A stretch of 24,000 nucleotides of DNA, taken from Succinivibrio dextrinosolvens (GTDB taxonomy: Bacteria; Pseudomonadota; Gammaproteobacteria; Enterobacterales; Succinivibrionaceae). The stretch is taken from positions 432,747 to 456,746 of the forward strand of contig NZ_CP047056.1 in the NCBI RefSeq assembly GCF_011065405.1, given 5' to 3'. The translations under genes were made by a program, and so were the position numbers. The notes below the pieces were generated by a model. The model was not told where the DNA came from. It ran no database searches and was given only the letters and a program-made list of their open reading frames with translations. Positions 16,453 through 24,000 of this stretch are shown piece by piece (within the stretch, counting starts at the first letter, position 1; the number at the start of each line of letters is the position of its first letter).

Positions 16453-19400
16453 CTAACTTCCATAAGCCTCCATAACCTTAGAAGCTTCCTTCTTAAGATC
16501 TAGACTTCCATGCTCCTGAACATCCTCAATTATCTTGATAGCCTCCTCGGTATCACCTGTCTCAAAATACAGTCTTGCAAGGTTAAGCTCATCAACGTAG
16601 TACTGGTGTTCTTTTGGAGTCAGAATCTCTTTTTCTCCCCCTGATATGTTCTCAGCTAAAGTAGCCTGATCAGTTAAATCAGCATTAGCAGTTATAGGTC
16701 CGATAGTATTAGAAACCTTCTGTAAATCAGGAACATCTGCCTGTGAAGTATCACCATTAATCATTCTGGAGATTTCTTCTGGTGAAAATGCAGTCTCCGC
16801 ATTCTGTACAAGATCATTTTCATTAGGAGAAATACCATCACCAAGCATATTCATAAGATCAGATTCTGCCTGAGGATCCATGTAGTGACCAGCTGAACCG
16901 ATTCTTGCCTCAAGCTGAGCAAGATCAGCTGCAGCTTCTTTAACAGAATCATTCTGACCTGATTCACTTACGACATCGTATTCGTCTTGAGGAACCTCCC
17001 ATGAAACAACTTCATCCTGTCCTGATACCGAATCTTGACTTTCTTCAGCTACGGTTTCTTCGACAGGAGCATCGGATGCAGATTCCTCTGAAATCTCAGC
17101 TTCACCAGTCTCACCAATTGCCGCTGTAACAGTTTCATCCTGCTCTGGAGCTGATTCCTCTAAGGTCTCAGTTGCTACCTCTTCACTTTGAGTCTCTGAT
17201 GATTCTTCAACTGGTTCGTTCTGAACCAGATCATCACCACCTTCAGTCTCAACAGGCCTTAAGAGAACCTCAAGGTCAATCTCGTCATCAACAACTTCAT
17301 CAACCTTACCTGAACCTTCTGCAGGAGCCTCAGTTTCAACAATATCGGCCTGAACATCTTCAGTAGGATTTTCCTGGTTCCCCATTGCGTCTAGTAAAGC
17401 ACTTTCCTCTCCGCTAATTTCATCTGCAGGAGAAGCTAAGTCATCATCTTCATTCTGAACAAGATCTCCGACATCAATCTCCTGTTCTTCAGGATCATGA
17501 GCTGAATCTTCAGTAGGTGCTTCTACTGCAATATCTTCAACATTTACGTCTTCAGATACAGCCTTTTCTGCTGGTGCTTCTGCTGCGATATCCTCAACAT
17601 TTACGTCTTCAGATACAGCCTCTTCTGCTGGAGCTTCTGCTGCGATATCCTCAACATTTACGTCTTCAGATACAGCCTCTTCTGCTGGAGCTTCTGCCGC
17701 GATATCCTCAACATTTATGTCTTCAGATACAGCCTCTTCTGCTGGTGCTTCTGCTGCGATATCTTCAACATTTACGTCTTCAGATACAGCCTCTTCTGCT
17801 GGAGCTTCTGCTGCGATATCCTCAACATTTACGTCTTCAGATACAGCCTCTTCTGCTGGAGCTTCTGCCGCGATATCCTCAACATTTATGTCTTCAGATA
17901 CAGCCTCTTCTGCTGGTGCTTCTGCTGCGATATCTTCAACATTTACGTCTTCAGATACAGCCTCTTCTGCTGGAGCTTCTGCTGCGATATCCTCAACATT
18001 TACGTCTTCAGATACAGCCTCTTCTACTGGGGCTTCTGCCGCGATATCCTCAACATTTATGTCTTCAGGAACAGACTCTTCCGCTGGTGCTTCTGCTGCA
18101 ATATCTTCAATATTTACGTCTTCAGAAACAGCTTCTTCTGCGGGAGCAGACTTTTCAGGTTCAGCCTTAGCAGCCTCAATAGATTTCTTCAGTTCTTTAG
18201 CCTGTGTACTTTCAGCGGGTTCTGATGACTCAGTATCTTCCTTAGCCTTAGGCTCTTCAGAAGTAGCCCCTGCACCACCTTCCTGTTCACCTAAAGCAGC
18301 AGCCCAGGCTGCGGCCATGTCTTCCTGTTCATCACCGCCAGACTTTTCTTCTGCAGGAGTAGCAGGTTCATCCGCTGTTTTTGCCTCATCAGCACCGCCC
18401 TCCTGTTCACCTAGAGCTGCAGCCCACGCTGCGGCCATGTCTTCCTGTTCATCACCGCCAGACTTTTCTTCTGCAGGAGTAGCAGGTTCATCCGCTGTTT
18501 TTGCCTCATCAGCACCGCCCTCCTGTTCACCTAGAGCTGCAGCCCACGCTGCGGCCATATCTTCCTGTTCATCTTTCTTAGGCTCATCTGATGACTCTTC
18601 TTGGGCCTTTTCTGATTTTTCCTGTTCACCTAAAGCAGCAGCCCACTCGTCGGCAACACTGGCATCATCTGATTTGCCTTCAACCTCAGTTTCTTTTGCT
18701 CCGGACTGATCTTCATTAAGAGCCTTTGACCATTCATCCAGAACATTCTGATCATTGCTTGAGGCCTCAGCAGATTCTTCAGCTGCCTTATCCCACTCAG
18801 CCTGGGCCTGAGAATCTTCTGTACTCTCATCAGCAGGGCTATCAGCCGTATCAGATGCAGCGGCTGGTGAAGTTTCTCCTTCAGCAGCAGGAGCAGCGTT
18901 GTTATCAGCAGCTTGCTCCTCTGAAGACGCATCATCTTCGTCACTGTCAGGAGAAGGAGTTTCAATTGCAATCGAGCCATTATCATCAGATAACAGCATA
19001 TCATCTGAACCTAATGATCCTGCATCATCAAAGTCAAAGTCATCATGATACTTCCGAGCACGAGCACGGGCTCTAGCCTTGAAGATAATGAATAGAATCA
19101 GAATTACCAATGACAATAAACCTGCTCCGAACAGGATCATCATCACAGGCTTATCCATATCAATGCTTGCATCAACAGATGACACTGTAAATTGAGACAT
19201 CTGCAACTGCATATCCTCAATTTTTTCGTCATTAGCCAGAAGCATTTCTCTCATACGGTCATTATCCTGAGAGAGCTTTGACACATTACCTTTGATTTCA
19301 ATAAGATCCTGCTGAATACCTGCGATAATGTTATCGTACTGACTTGATAGAGAAGAGACACTGTCAGCTGCAGTCTGAGCAGTAACAGCAGATGACTTCT

Positions 19401-20463
19401 TCATTCTGGCAATAGCATCTGAAAGCTGCTGCTCAATAACCTTTGTCTTCTGCTCGATCTGCTTTTTGTTTTCCTCAAGCATGATACGAATAGACTTAAC
19501 ATCAACAGATTCCTGAGGATTCTTTTTGAGAAGAGCCTGAACCTGTCTTAGCTGTTCAGGGGTTAAGCCCAGACCCTGTCCCTGCCCCTGAACAGGAGCA
19601 TTGGTGACATTTTCCGTTACAGCGCCATTTTCAAGTTGAATCTGAGCTCCGTTTTCGGCAAGAGTACGTCTCTCATTAGGATTCTGAGAGTCCTTATTTG
19701 AAAGTCCAGATGGAATCAGTTCACCGTTTTCTTCGGCTTCACGCTGTTTCTGAACTTCCTTGATTCTTGTTTCGGTTGCAGTGTAAACAGGAATATCATT
19801 TGCCGGTTTACTGGTATTAGCAGGTGTAACAGTCTGCTGTGCTGGTACTGTACTCTGAGCTATTTGAGGCAACTGAGGAGCAGGAGAACTCTGAACATTT
19901 GGACTTGCTGCAGGCTGACTTACAGGGAGAGGAGGTAGGGACATGACCCCTTGAGCTAAAAGAGCACTTCCGGTCTGGGTGTTTTCCTGAGCTATCAGAG
20001 CATCAGAAGGGATTCTCAGAGTTGTTCTTAAAAGATTATTTACATTTCCTCCACCAAAAGCCTGAGGATTATTTCTATATATGGAGGCAACAACCTGAAA
20101 TTCGTTAATACTTCTATTAAGTTGAGCATAACGGTGAGCGACAGACCAGATGGTATCTCCAGATACCACGTTATAGGTTCTGAACTGATCAGATGAAACA
20201 GCAGTCTGAGCAGGAACTGCAACCGCACGCTGAGGAACCTGGGCTGACTGTCTAGGGGCAACAGTTGCAGCAGGTGCCTGCTGAGGGATTACAGCTTGTC
20301 TTCTTGGAGTTGTACGAACTGGTCGACTGGCAGGAACGGTTTCCTCTACTTCAGGGCCTTGAATTGTAATGGTGAAAGTACCATCATCATCTGCAGCAAA
20401 TGCAGATAACGATATAAAAAGACCCATTGTCACTTCTAAGGTGACTTTTTTTAACCTATGCAT
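16453..20463 (-). CDS. fimV: FimV/HubP-like polar landmark protein (signal peptide, LysM, coiled coil, single TM, long acidic repeat region, C-terminal FimV/TPR-like motif)
   Basis: Observed features in order: a signal-like N-terminus; a LysM-like block YNVVSGDTIWSVAHRYAQ...LRIPS; TM segment PVMMILFGAGLLSLVILILFIIF followed by KARARARARKY; about 850 aa of highly acidic sequence with tandem repeats; and a C-terminal LNLARLYFETGDTEEAIKIIEDVQEHG resembling the FimV C-terminal motif. It sits next to a usg/asd-like gene, as in the known fimV neighbourhood. Confidence 0.85.
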   Translation of the reverse strand: MHRLKKVTLEVTMGLFISLSAFAADDDGTFTITIQGPEVEETVPASRPVRTTPRRQAVIPQQAPAATVAPRQSAQVPQRAVAVPAQTAVSSDQFRTYNVVSGDTIWSVAHRYAQLNRSINEFQVVASIYRNNPQAFGGGNVNNLLRTTLRIPSDALIAQENTQTGSALLAQGVMSLPPLPVSQPAASPNVQSSPAPQLPQIAQSTVPAQQTVTPANTSKPANDIPVYTATETRIKEVQKQREAEENGELIPSGLSNKDSQNPNERRTLAENGAQIQLENGAVTENVTNAPVQGQGQGLGLTPEQLRQVQALLKKNPQESVDVKSIRIMLEENKKQIEQKTKVIEQQLSDAIARMKKSSAVTAQTAADSVSSLSSQYDNIIAGIQQDLIEIKGNVSKLSQDNDRMREMLLANDEKIEDMQLQMSQFTVSSVDASIDMDKPVMMILFGAGLLSLVILILFIIFKARARARARKYHDDFDFDDAGSLGSDDMLLSDDNGSIAIETPSPDSDEDDASSEEQAADNNAAPAAEGETSPAAASDTADSPADESTEDSQAQAEWDKAAEESAEASSNDQNVLDEWSKALNEDQSGAKETEVEGKSDDASVADEWAAALGEQEKSEKAQEESSDEPKKDEQEDMAAAWAAALGEQEGGADEAKTADEPATPAEEKSGGDEQEDMAAAWAAALGEQEGGADEAKTADEPATPAEEKSGGDEQEDMAAAWAAALGEQEGGAGATSEEPKAKEDTESSEPAESTQAKELKKSIEAAKAEPEKSAPAEEAVSEDVNIEDIAAEAPAEESVPEDINVEDIAAEAPVEEAVSEDVNVEDIAAEAPAEEAVSEDVNVEDIAAEAPAEEAVSEDINVEDIAAEAPAEEAVSEDVNVEDIAAEAPAEEAVSEDVNVEDIAAEAPAEEAVSEDINVEDIAAEAPAEEAVSEDVNVEDIAAEAPAEEAVSEDVNVEDIAAEAPAEKAVSEDVNVEDIAVEAPTEDSAHDPEEQEIDVGDLVQNEDDDLASPADEISGEESALLDAMGNQENPTEDVQADIVETEAPAEGSGKVDEVVDDEIDLEVLLRPVETEGGDDLVQNEPVEESSETQSEEVATETLEESAPEQDETVTAAIGETGEAEISEESASDAPVEETVAEESQDSVSGQDEVVSWEVPQDEYDVVSESGQNDSVKEAAADLAQLEARIGSAGHYMDPQAESDLMNMLGDGISPNENDLVQNAETAFSPEEISRMINGDTSQADVPDLQKVSNTIGPITANADLTDQATLAENISGGEKEILTPKEHQYYVDELNLARLYFETGDTEEAIKIIEDVQEHGSLDLKKEASKVMEAYGS
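17512..18147 (-). repeat. About 11 in-frame tandem copies of a 57-nt (19-aa) unit, organised as a 171-nt higher-order repeat
   Basis: The unit encodes AEAPAEEAVSEDVNVEDIA. The marker ACATTTATGT recurs at 17711, 17882 and 18053, giving a 171-nt period. Blocks 17711-17881 and 17882-18052 differ at 2 positions by my reading. Confidence 0.95.
18275..18572 (-). repeat. About 2.5 in-frame tandem copies of a 120-nt (40-aa) unit
   Basis: The unit encodes GGDEQEDMAAAWAAALGEQEGGADEAKTADEPATPAEEKS. Blocks 18301-18420 and 18421-18540 differ at 1 position by my reading. Confidence 0.95.
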
Positions 20464-20565
20464 ACGACTCCCCTATTTCTATGCATTATTGTATCTAAAA
20501 ATGGGACCGTCAAAAATCTAGCGAGATCCCAATTTTTCTAACGAAAATGCATAAAGTGTGCAAGG

Positions 20566-21570
20566 CTATATATTTTGTGCAATTAATTTCACAATTTCAA
20601 CACAGGAAATTGCTTCACCACGTCTTGTATTGTCCATCATGCATACAAAACTAACATTCTTGCTTCCTTTGATATTCTGACGAATTCTGCTTACAAGGAC
20701 AGTTCTCTCGTTGATTACGTCCTCAACAGGAGTAAGATTCTCATCATTATCCTTTACAGTAACATATGATGATTTCTTAAAGGCCTCAGTAACATCATCA
20801 ACACTAACAGACTCTTCAAGATCGGCATTTACACTGATGGTGTGACCATAGAATACAGGCACCTGAACAGTAGTTATATCAAAGCCTCTCTCAAATTTAC
20901 CAAGTATTCTTGAAACTTCTGTTTTAACAGTCTGCTCATGATCAGTATATCCGTTATCCTCAACAGTACCTGTAAGTGTGTGCAGATTAAAAGCTACCTG
21001 AGAAGAGAAGCCCTGATGATCGCCGTTCATTCCGTTTAACAGCAGAGTGGTCTCATGAGCAAGAGTTTCGGTTCCCAGTCTTCCCACCTCAGATACAGAC
21101 TCCATTGAAGTAGCGACTGCCCTGGTAACACCAAATTCATCATGAAGAGCACCAAGAGCAAGACAGATCTGTACTGATGGAGCAAGAGCAGGAATCACTA
21201 AACGAGACTCTATAGCTTTTTTGATATCAAATGGATTTATCTCAGGAACAACAAGTGCTGTTTTCTCATCTCCGCTGAAAAGATGACTGTTATCGACAAC
21301 AATACAGCCAGCATTCTGAGCCTTTGAAATCCAGCGCTGGCTTTCATCCTGAGTACTTAAGAATAAAGCAACATTAGCCTTTTCAAAATCAAATTCTTCG
21401 ATAGGCTGAACAAAATAATTCTGTGAACAGATATTTACGGCATCATATTCTCCAGAGAAAGGAGATAAAGGGAAAACATCATCAAGAGGAATTTTCTGCT
21501 CTTCAAGAGTTTCAATAACCAGTTTTCCAATATCTGAATCATAACCGTAAATAGCTAACTTTAATGCCAT
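20566..21570 (-). CDS. usg: USG-1-like protein (aspartate-semialdehyde dehydrogenase paralog apparently lacking the catalytic Cys)
   Basis: 334 aa with an Asd-like fold pattern: N-terminal Rossmann-type LAIYGYDSDIG and C-terminal PVFYGHT. The segment aligning to the Asd NPNCST active site reads IPALAPS, with no Cys. The alignment is from memory. Confidence 0.75.
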   Translation of the reverse strand: MALKLAIYGYDSDIGKLVIETLEEQKIPLDDVFPLSPFSGEYDAVNICSQNYFVQPIEEFDFEKANVALFLSTQDESQRWISKAQNAGCIVVDNSHLFSGDEKTALVVPEINPFDIKKAIESRLVIPALAPSVQICLALGALHDEFGVTRAVATSMESVSEVGRLGTETLAHETTLLLNGMNGDHQGFSSQVAFNLHTLTGTVEDNGYTDHEQTVKTEVSRILGKFERGFDITTVQVPVFYGHTISVNADLEESVSVDDVTEAFKKSSYVTVKDNDENLTPVEDVINERTVLVSRIRQNIKGSKNVSFVCMMDNTRRGEAISCVEIVKLIAQNI

Positions 21571-21971
21571 GTCTGGCTCCTAATTTCATAAAACAACAAA
21601 CTAGAAAAATTGTAGCACAGCCGTCAAGTCCCAAATTAAATCCTCCATTAACAATTAATATAAGAACATTGCCTGAAATTTTCAGTCTTGTTTTTTTATG
21701 AAAATATTTATCTAAAAAAATCCTTTAAATTTAATGTACTTCTACATCAAAGCTAGTTTGAAAAATGAAAATTTTACAGTAAATTTATAAAAAATCTCAG
21801 AAAAATGTTAGCGAGATAAAAATTTTAACTAAATAATTGATAATTTATAAAAAAAATGGGAGGCATTACTAATTTTTTTTTGATTTTTGTATTATATTAC
21901 AAACAGTAAGTATTAATTTTAGTACTTAACCCCTAATTACTAAGGATTTTTAAGTACGAGGAATGGTGAAT

Positions 21972-22262
21972 ATGGCGCTAACTAGAGCAGATATTGCAGA
22001 CCGACTTATCATTAAACAAGGTCTACCTAAGACTACAGCACAGGAATTTGTTGATTCATTTTTTGAGCAGATAGCATCAACTCTAGAGTCAGGAGAAATC
22101 GTAAAACTAACCGGATTCGGTAACTTCGAGTTAAAAGTAAAGAATGCTCGTCCTGGAAGAAATCCAAAGACAGGTAAAGAAGTCACTATTTCCTCAAGAC
22201 GTGTTACCACCTTTAGGGCCGGACAAAAACTAAGAAACAGAATTGATATGCCAAGTGAATAG
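21972..22262 (+). CDS. ihfA: Integration host factor subunit alpha
   Basis: [12 protein letters not shown]...[46 protein letters not shown] closely parallels E. coli IhfA. I prefer ATG 21972 (GAGGA about 10 nt upstream) to the ORF-track start at 21963. Confidence 0.9.
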   Translation: MALTRADIADRLIIKQGLPKTTAQEFVDSFFEQIASTLESGEIVKLTGFGNFELKVKNARPGRNPKTGKEVTISSRRVTTFRAGQKLRNRIDMPSE

Positions 22263-22353
22263 TATTTTTTTTGTGAAAAACGCTATTAGACGATAAATAA
22301 TGGCATAATATATTGGTATTGGATATTTCTTTTCTACTTGGATCTATTTAGAT

Positions 22354-22614
22354 ATGGAAAAAATTGTTTACAAAATCAAAGATCGTGATGGTGTACACGC
22401 TCGCCCAGCAGGTGCAATTATCAAAGCTATCAGCGGATATAAGTCAAAGATTACCTTAATTTATCAGGATCGACAGATTGATCTGAAAGGTGGAATCTTC
22501 GGACTTCTGGGTTTGGGTATTCGTTTTGATGACGAAATCTATATTCACGTTGAAGGTGAAGACGAAAAAGAAGCTGTTGTTGCAGTTAGAAGAGCCTTCG
22601 AAGAATATCTGTAA
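22354..22614 (+). CDS. HPr-family phosphocarrier protein (orphan, no ptsI nearby)
   Basis: 86 aa. The active-site His context DGVHARPAG and the C-terminal EGEDEKEAV block match HPr (GLHTRPA, EGEDEQKAV). Confidence 0.8.
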   Translation: MEKIVYKIKDRDGVHARPAGAIIKAISGYKSKITLIYQDRQIDLKGGIFGLLGLGIRFDDEIYIHVEGEDEKEAVVAVRRAFEEYL

Positions 22615-22636
22615 TCAGATTTATAAGATTCATAAG

Positions 22637-22669
22637 AAAAACTCATTCCTCTCGAATGAGTTTTTTTTT
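22637..22669. terminator. Bidirectional rho-independent terminator between the convergent HPr-like and Cys-rich genes
   Basis: ACTCATTC-CTCTC-GAATGAGT (22641-22661) is followed by T9 on the plus strand. It is preceded by AAAA, which provides a T-run for the minus strand. Confidence 0.8.
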
Positions 22670-22702
22670 GCTTCCTTTTACAAGAGTTTATTTACCCCAA
22701 AA

Positions 22703-24000
22703 CTACGTTACAAAAAATGTAATAATCTCTATTATCAGAGTTCCTGACAACAGGGCTATAGATCGGGACAGATCGTAATTAAAATCAATGAACTTGGTTA
22801 TATTTTCAAAAGTTTTTGAGGCCAGAATCACTTCGTAGAACTTGAGTGTTTTAGTTCCGAAGTATGCAACAAGAAAAGAAGCTACTATACCAAATAGGAT
22901 GCAGGCAACAAGATTGACCGGACTGTGGATAAAGAAGTTTAGCATGAAGGTAATTACCCAGATAAAGGAGGTTACCATATCCCAGTAATGTCTGCCGGAA
23001 TGCTCTCTGAACTTAAGATTACTGATATATTCAACTAAAGACAAACAGATATCCTTAGAGAAATTCTCCTTCATCAGGTTATTTGTTGACATTAAAAGCT
23101 TCTTACTTAACTCATCGGCAAGCTGTTCTTTTCGATAAGCCATAAGACTCTGAAGCTTTTCTCTCATGGTAAAGATTTTGGAAGTGTAATTATCTGTTTT
23201 TACAACTTCGTTCTGAAGCTTGCGAGTTACAAGATCAAAATAAAATTCAAAGGAACACAGTAGACCATAGAAGAACCTATTCTGACAAAGCGTCTTGAAC
23301 AGTTCTATCTTAGTATCCACATCAGTAAGTGTATTACCTATAGCAGCATCAGAGAGCTGCATTTTAAGATCACTGTATATACTCTCTAGAACAGGAGGAA
23401 TATTCAGCGGAGTGAAATTATCTCCACAGGTATAGAATGAAAAGCTTTTAGATACCTTTGAGATATCAAAAGTTACGTAGTCCATTCTACATTCTGCTAC
23501 ATAGGTAATAAGAAAAACTCCGCTTTCCTTAAACTCTGCATCAATGAGCTTAAAAGGTAGCTTTTTTAGCAGTTCAAAATAGCAGGCATAATCCACGTGG
23601 CAATTTGGTATAGCAAAAACATTCTCCATGTTCTGAACTTCTACATCAATAACAGGAAAGTTTCTCGCCAGAAGACACACCATTCTATCAACCAGAACTC
23701 TACCCTTGCCCTTACAGTTCTGACAGACAATTTTCTGAAGATTGTTACAGGTTGGACAGGATATATAACCGGTTTTATTACATCTGGTACATCCTCCTTC
23801 CCTTCCCTGACAGGATGGGCACAGAATCATGCCGTATCCGGAACAGTTAGGGCAACTGATTTTTTTAGTTCCCTTACACGACGGACAAGTACAGTCACCT
23901 TTGGCATGTCTGGCGGAAATGCGGTTTATCTTATTGCAGATCTTGAAGAGCTCAGCAGCAGATTTATTCTCAAGACCAGTACAGAATGGTCTTTTAAGAT
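22703..24000 (-). CDS. Uncharacterised protein: N-terminal array of CxxC zinc-ribbon/DnaJ-CR-like repeats, central unknown domain, C-terminal TM helices; 5' end lies outside the window
   Basis: The ORF track starts at M 23830, but I translated the same frame and it stays open to nt 24000 (...CTCPSCKGTKKISCPNCSGYGMILCPSCQGREGGCTRCNKTGYISCPTCNNLQKIVCQNCKGKGRV). It has at least 6 CxxC(xGxG-like) units. The C-terminus has hydrophobic segments VTSFIWVITFMLNFF, LVACILFGIVASFLVAYF and IALLSGTLIIEIITFFV. Confidence 0.8.
   Translation of the reverse strand, partial: LKRPFCTGLENKSAAELFKICNKINRISARHAKGDCTCPSCKGTKKISCPNCSGYGMILCPSCQGREGGCTRCNKTGYISCPTCNNLQKIVCQNCKGKGRVLVDRMVCLLARNFPVIDVEVQNMENVFAIPNCHVDYACYFELLKKLPFKLIDAEFKESGVFLITYVAECRMDYVTFDISKVSKSFSFYTCGDNFTPLNIPPVLESIYSDLKMQLSDAAIGNTLTDVDTKIELFKTLCQNRFFYGLLCSFEFYFDLVTRKLQNEVVKTDNYTSKIFTMREKLQSLMAYRKEQLADELSKKLLMSTNNLMKENFSKDICLSLVEYISNLKFREHSGRHYWDMVTSFIWVITFMLNFFIHSPVNLVACILFGIVASFLVAYFGTKTLKFYEVILASKTFENITKFIDFNYDLSRSIALLSGTLIIEIITFFVT

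Noticed and set aside
17512-18147. Regular short repeats that could be mistaken for a CRISPR array
   Set aside because: The units are directly abutting (57-nt period with no unique spacers). They are in frame with a long ORF and encode a coherent acidic peptide repeat. No cas genes or leader are present.
17517-18709. Long plus-strand ORFs (217 aa and 330 aa) with striking periodic translations (LLELLLRYPQHLRLQIQP..., SSDTASSAGASAAISSTFT...)
   Set aside because: They lie antisense to the FimV-like gene, exactly over its tandem repeats. A repeat free of stop codons stays open in several frames, so this is a frame artefact. There is no start context, RBS or independent conservation signal.

Overview
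AT-rich chromosomal segment. The gene content (rimO, ihfA, usg-like, FimV/HubP-like landmark protein, eno, pepT) looks like a low-GC gammaproteobacterium; this taxonomic call is inference only. All homology calls are by eye from conserved motifs, with no database search. I support 17 protein-coding genes: rimO 3' end, an xpt-xanthine permease pair, an MCP, a membrane metallophosphoesterase, two tandem YdgA-like (DUF945) paralogs, an AbgT-family transporter + pepT operon, enolase, a 1336-aa FimV/HubP-like acidic repeat protein, usg-like, ihfA, an orphan HPr-like protein, a Cys-rich zinc-ribbon membrane protein running off the right edge, and two tnpB genes. I saw no tRNA, rRNA or CRISPR array. 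The accessory content is two divergent IS200/IS605-family elements. One is a stand-alone tnpB element (about 2368-3837, minus). The other is an IS605-type element (about 9916-11662, plus) whose Y1 transposase tnpA is internally deleted and frameshifted while tnpB keeps an intact RuvC D-E-D triad and zinc ribbon. Both carry a conserved 3' hairpin module ending in GTCAA, with compensatory base-pair changes between copies. That fits a structured omega-RNA / right end. The pepT stop codon lies inside the right end of the second element. I see no convincing evidence for a wholly new multi-gene system. The best candidates for follow-up are the TnpB/omega-RNA loci that have apparently outlived their transposase, the nested near-identical repeats in the FimV-like gene, and the uncharacterised Cys-rich membrane protein at the right edge.
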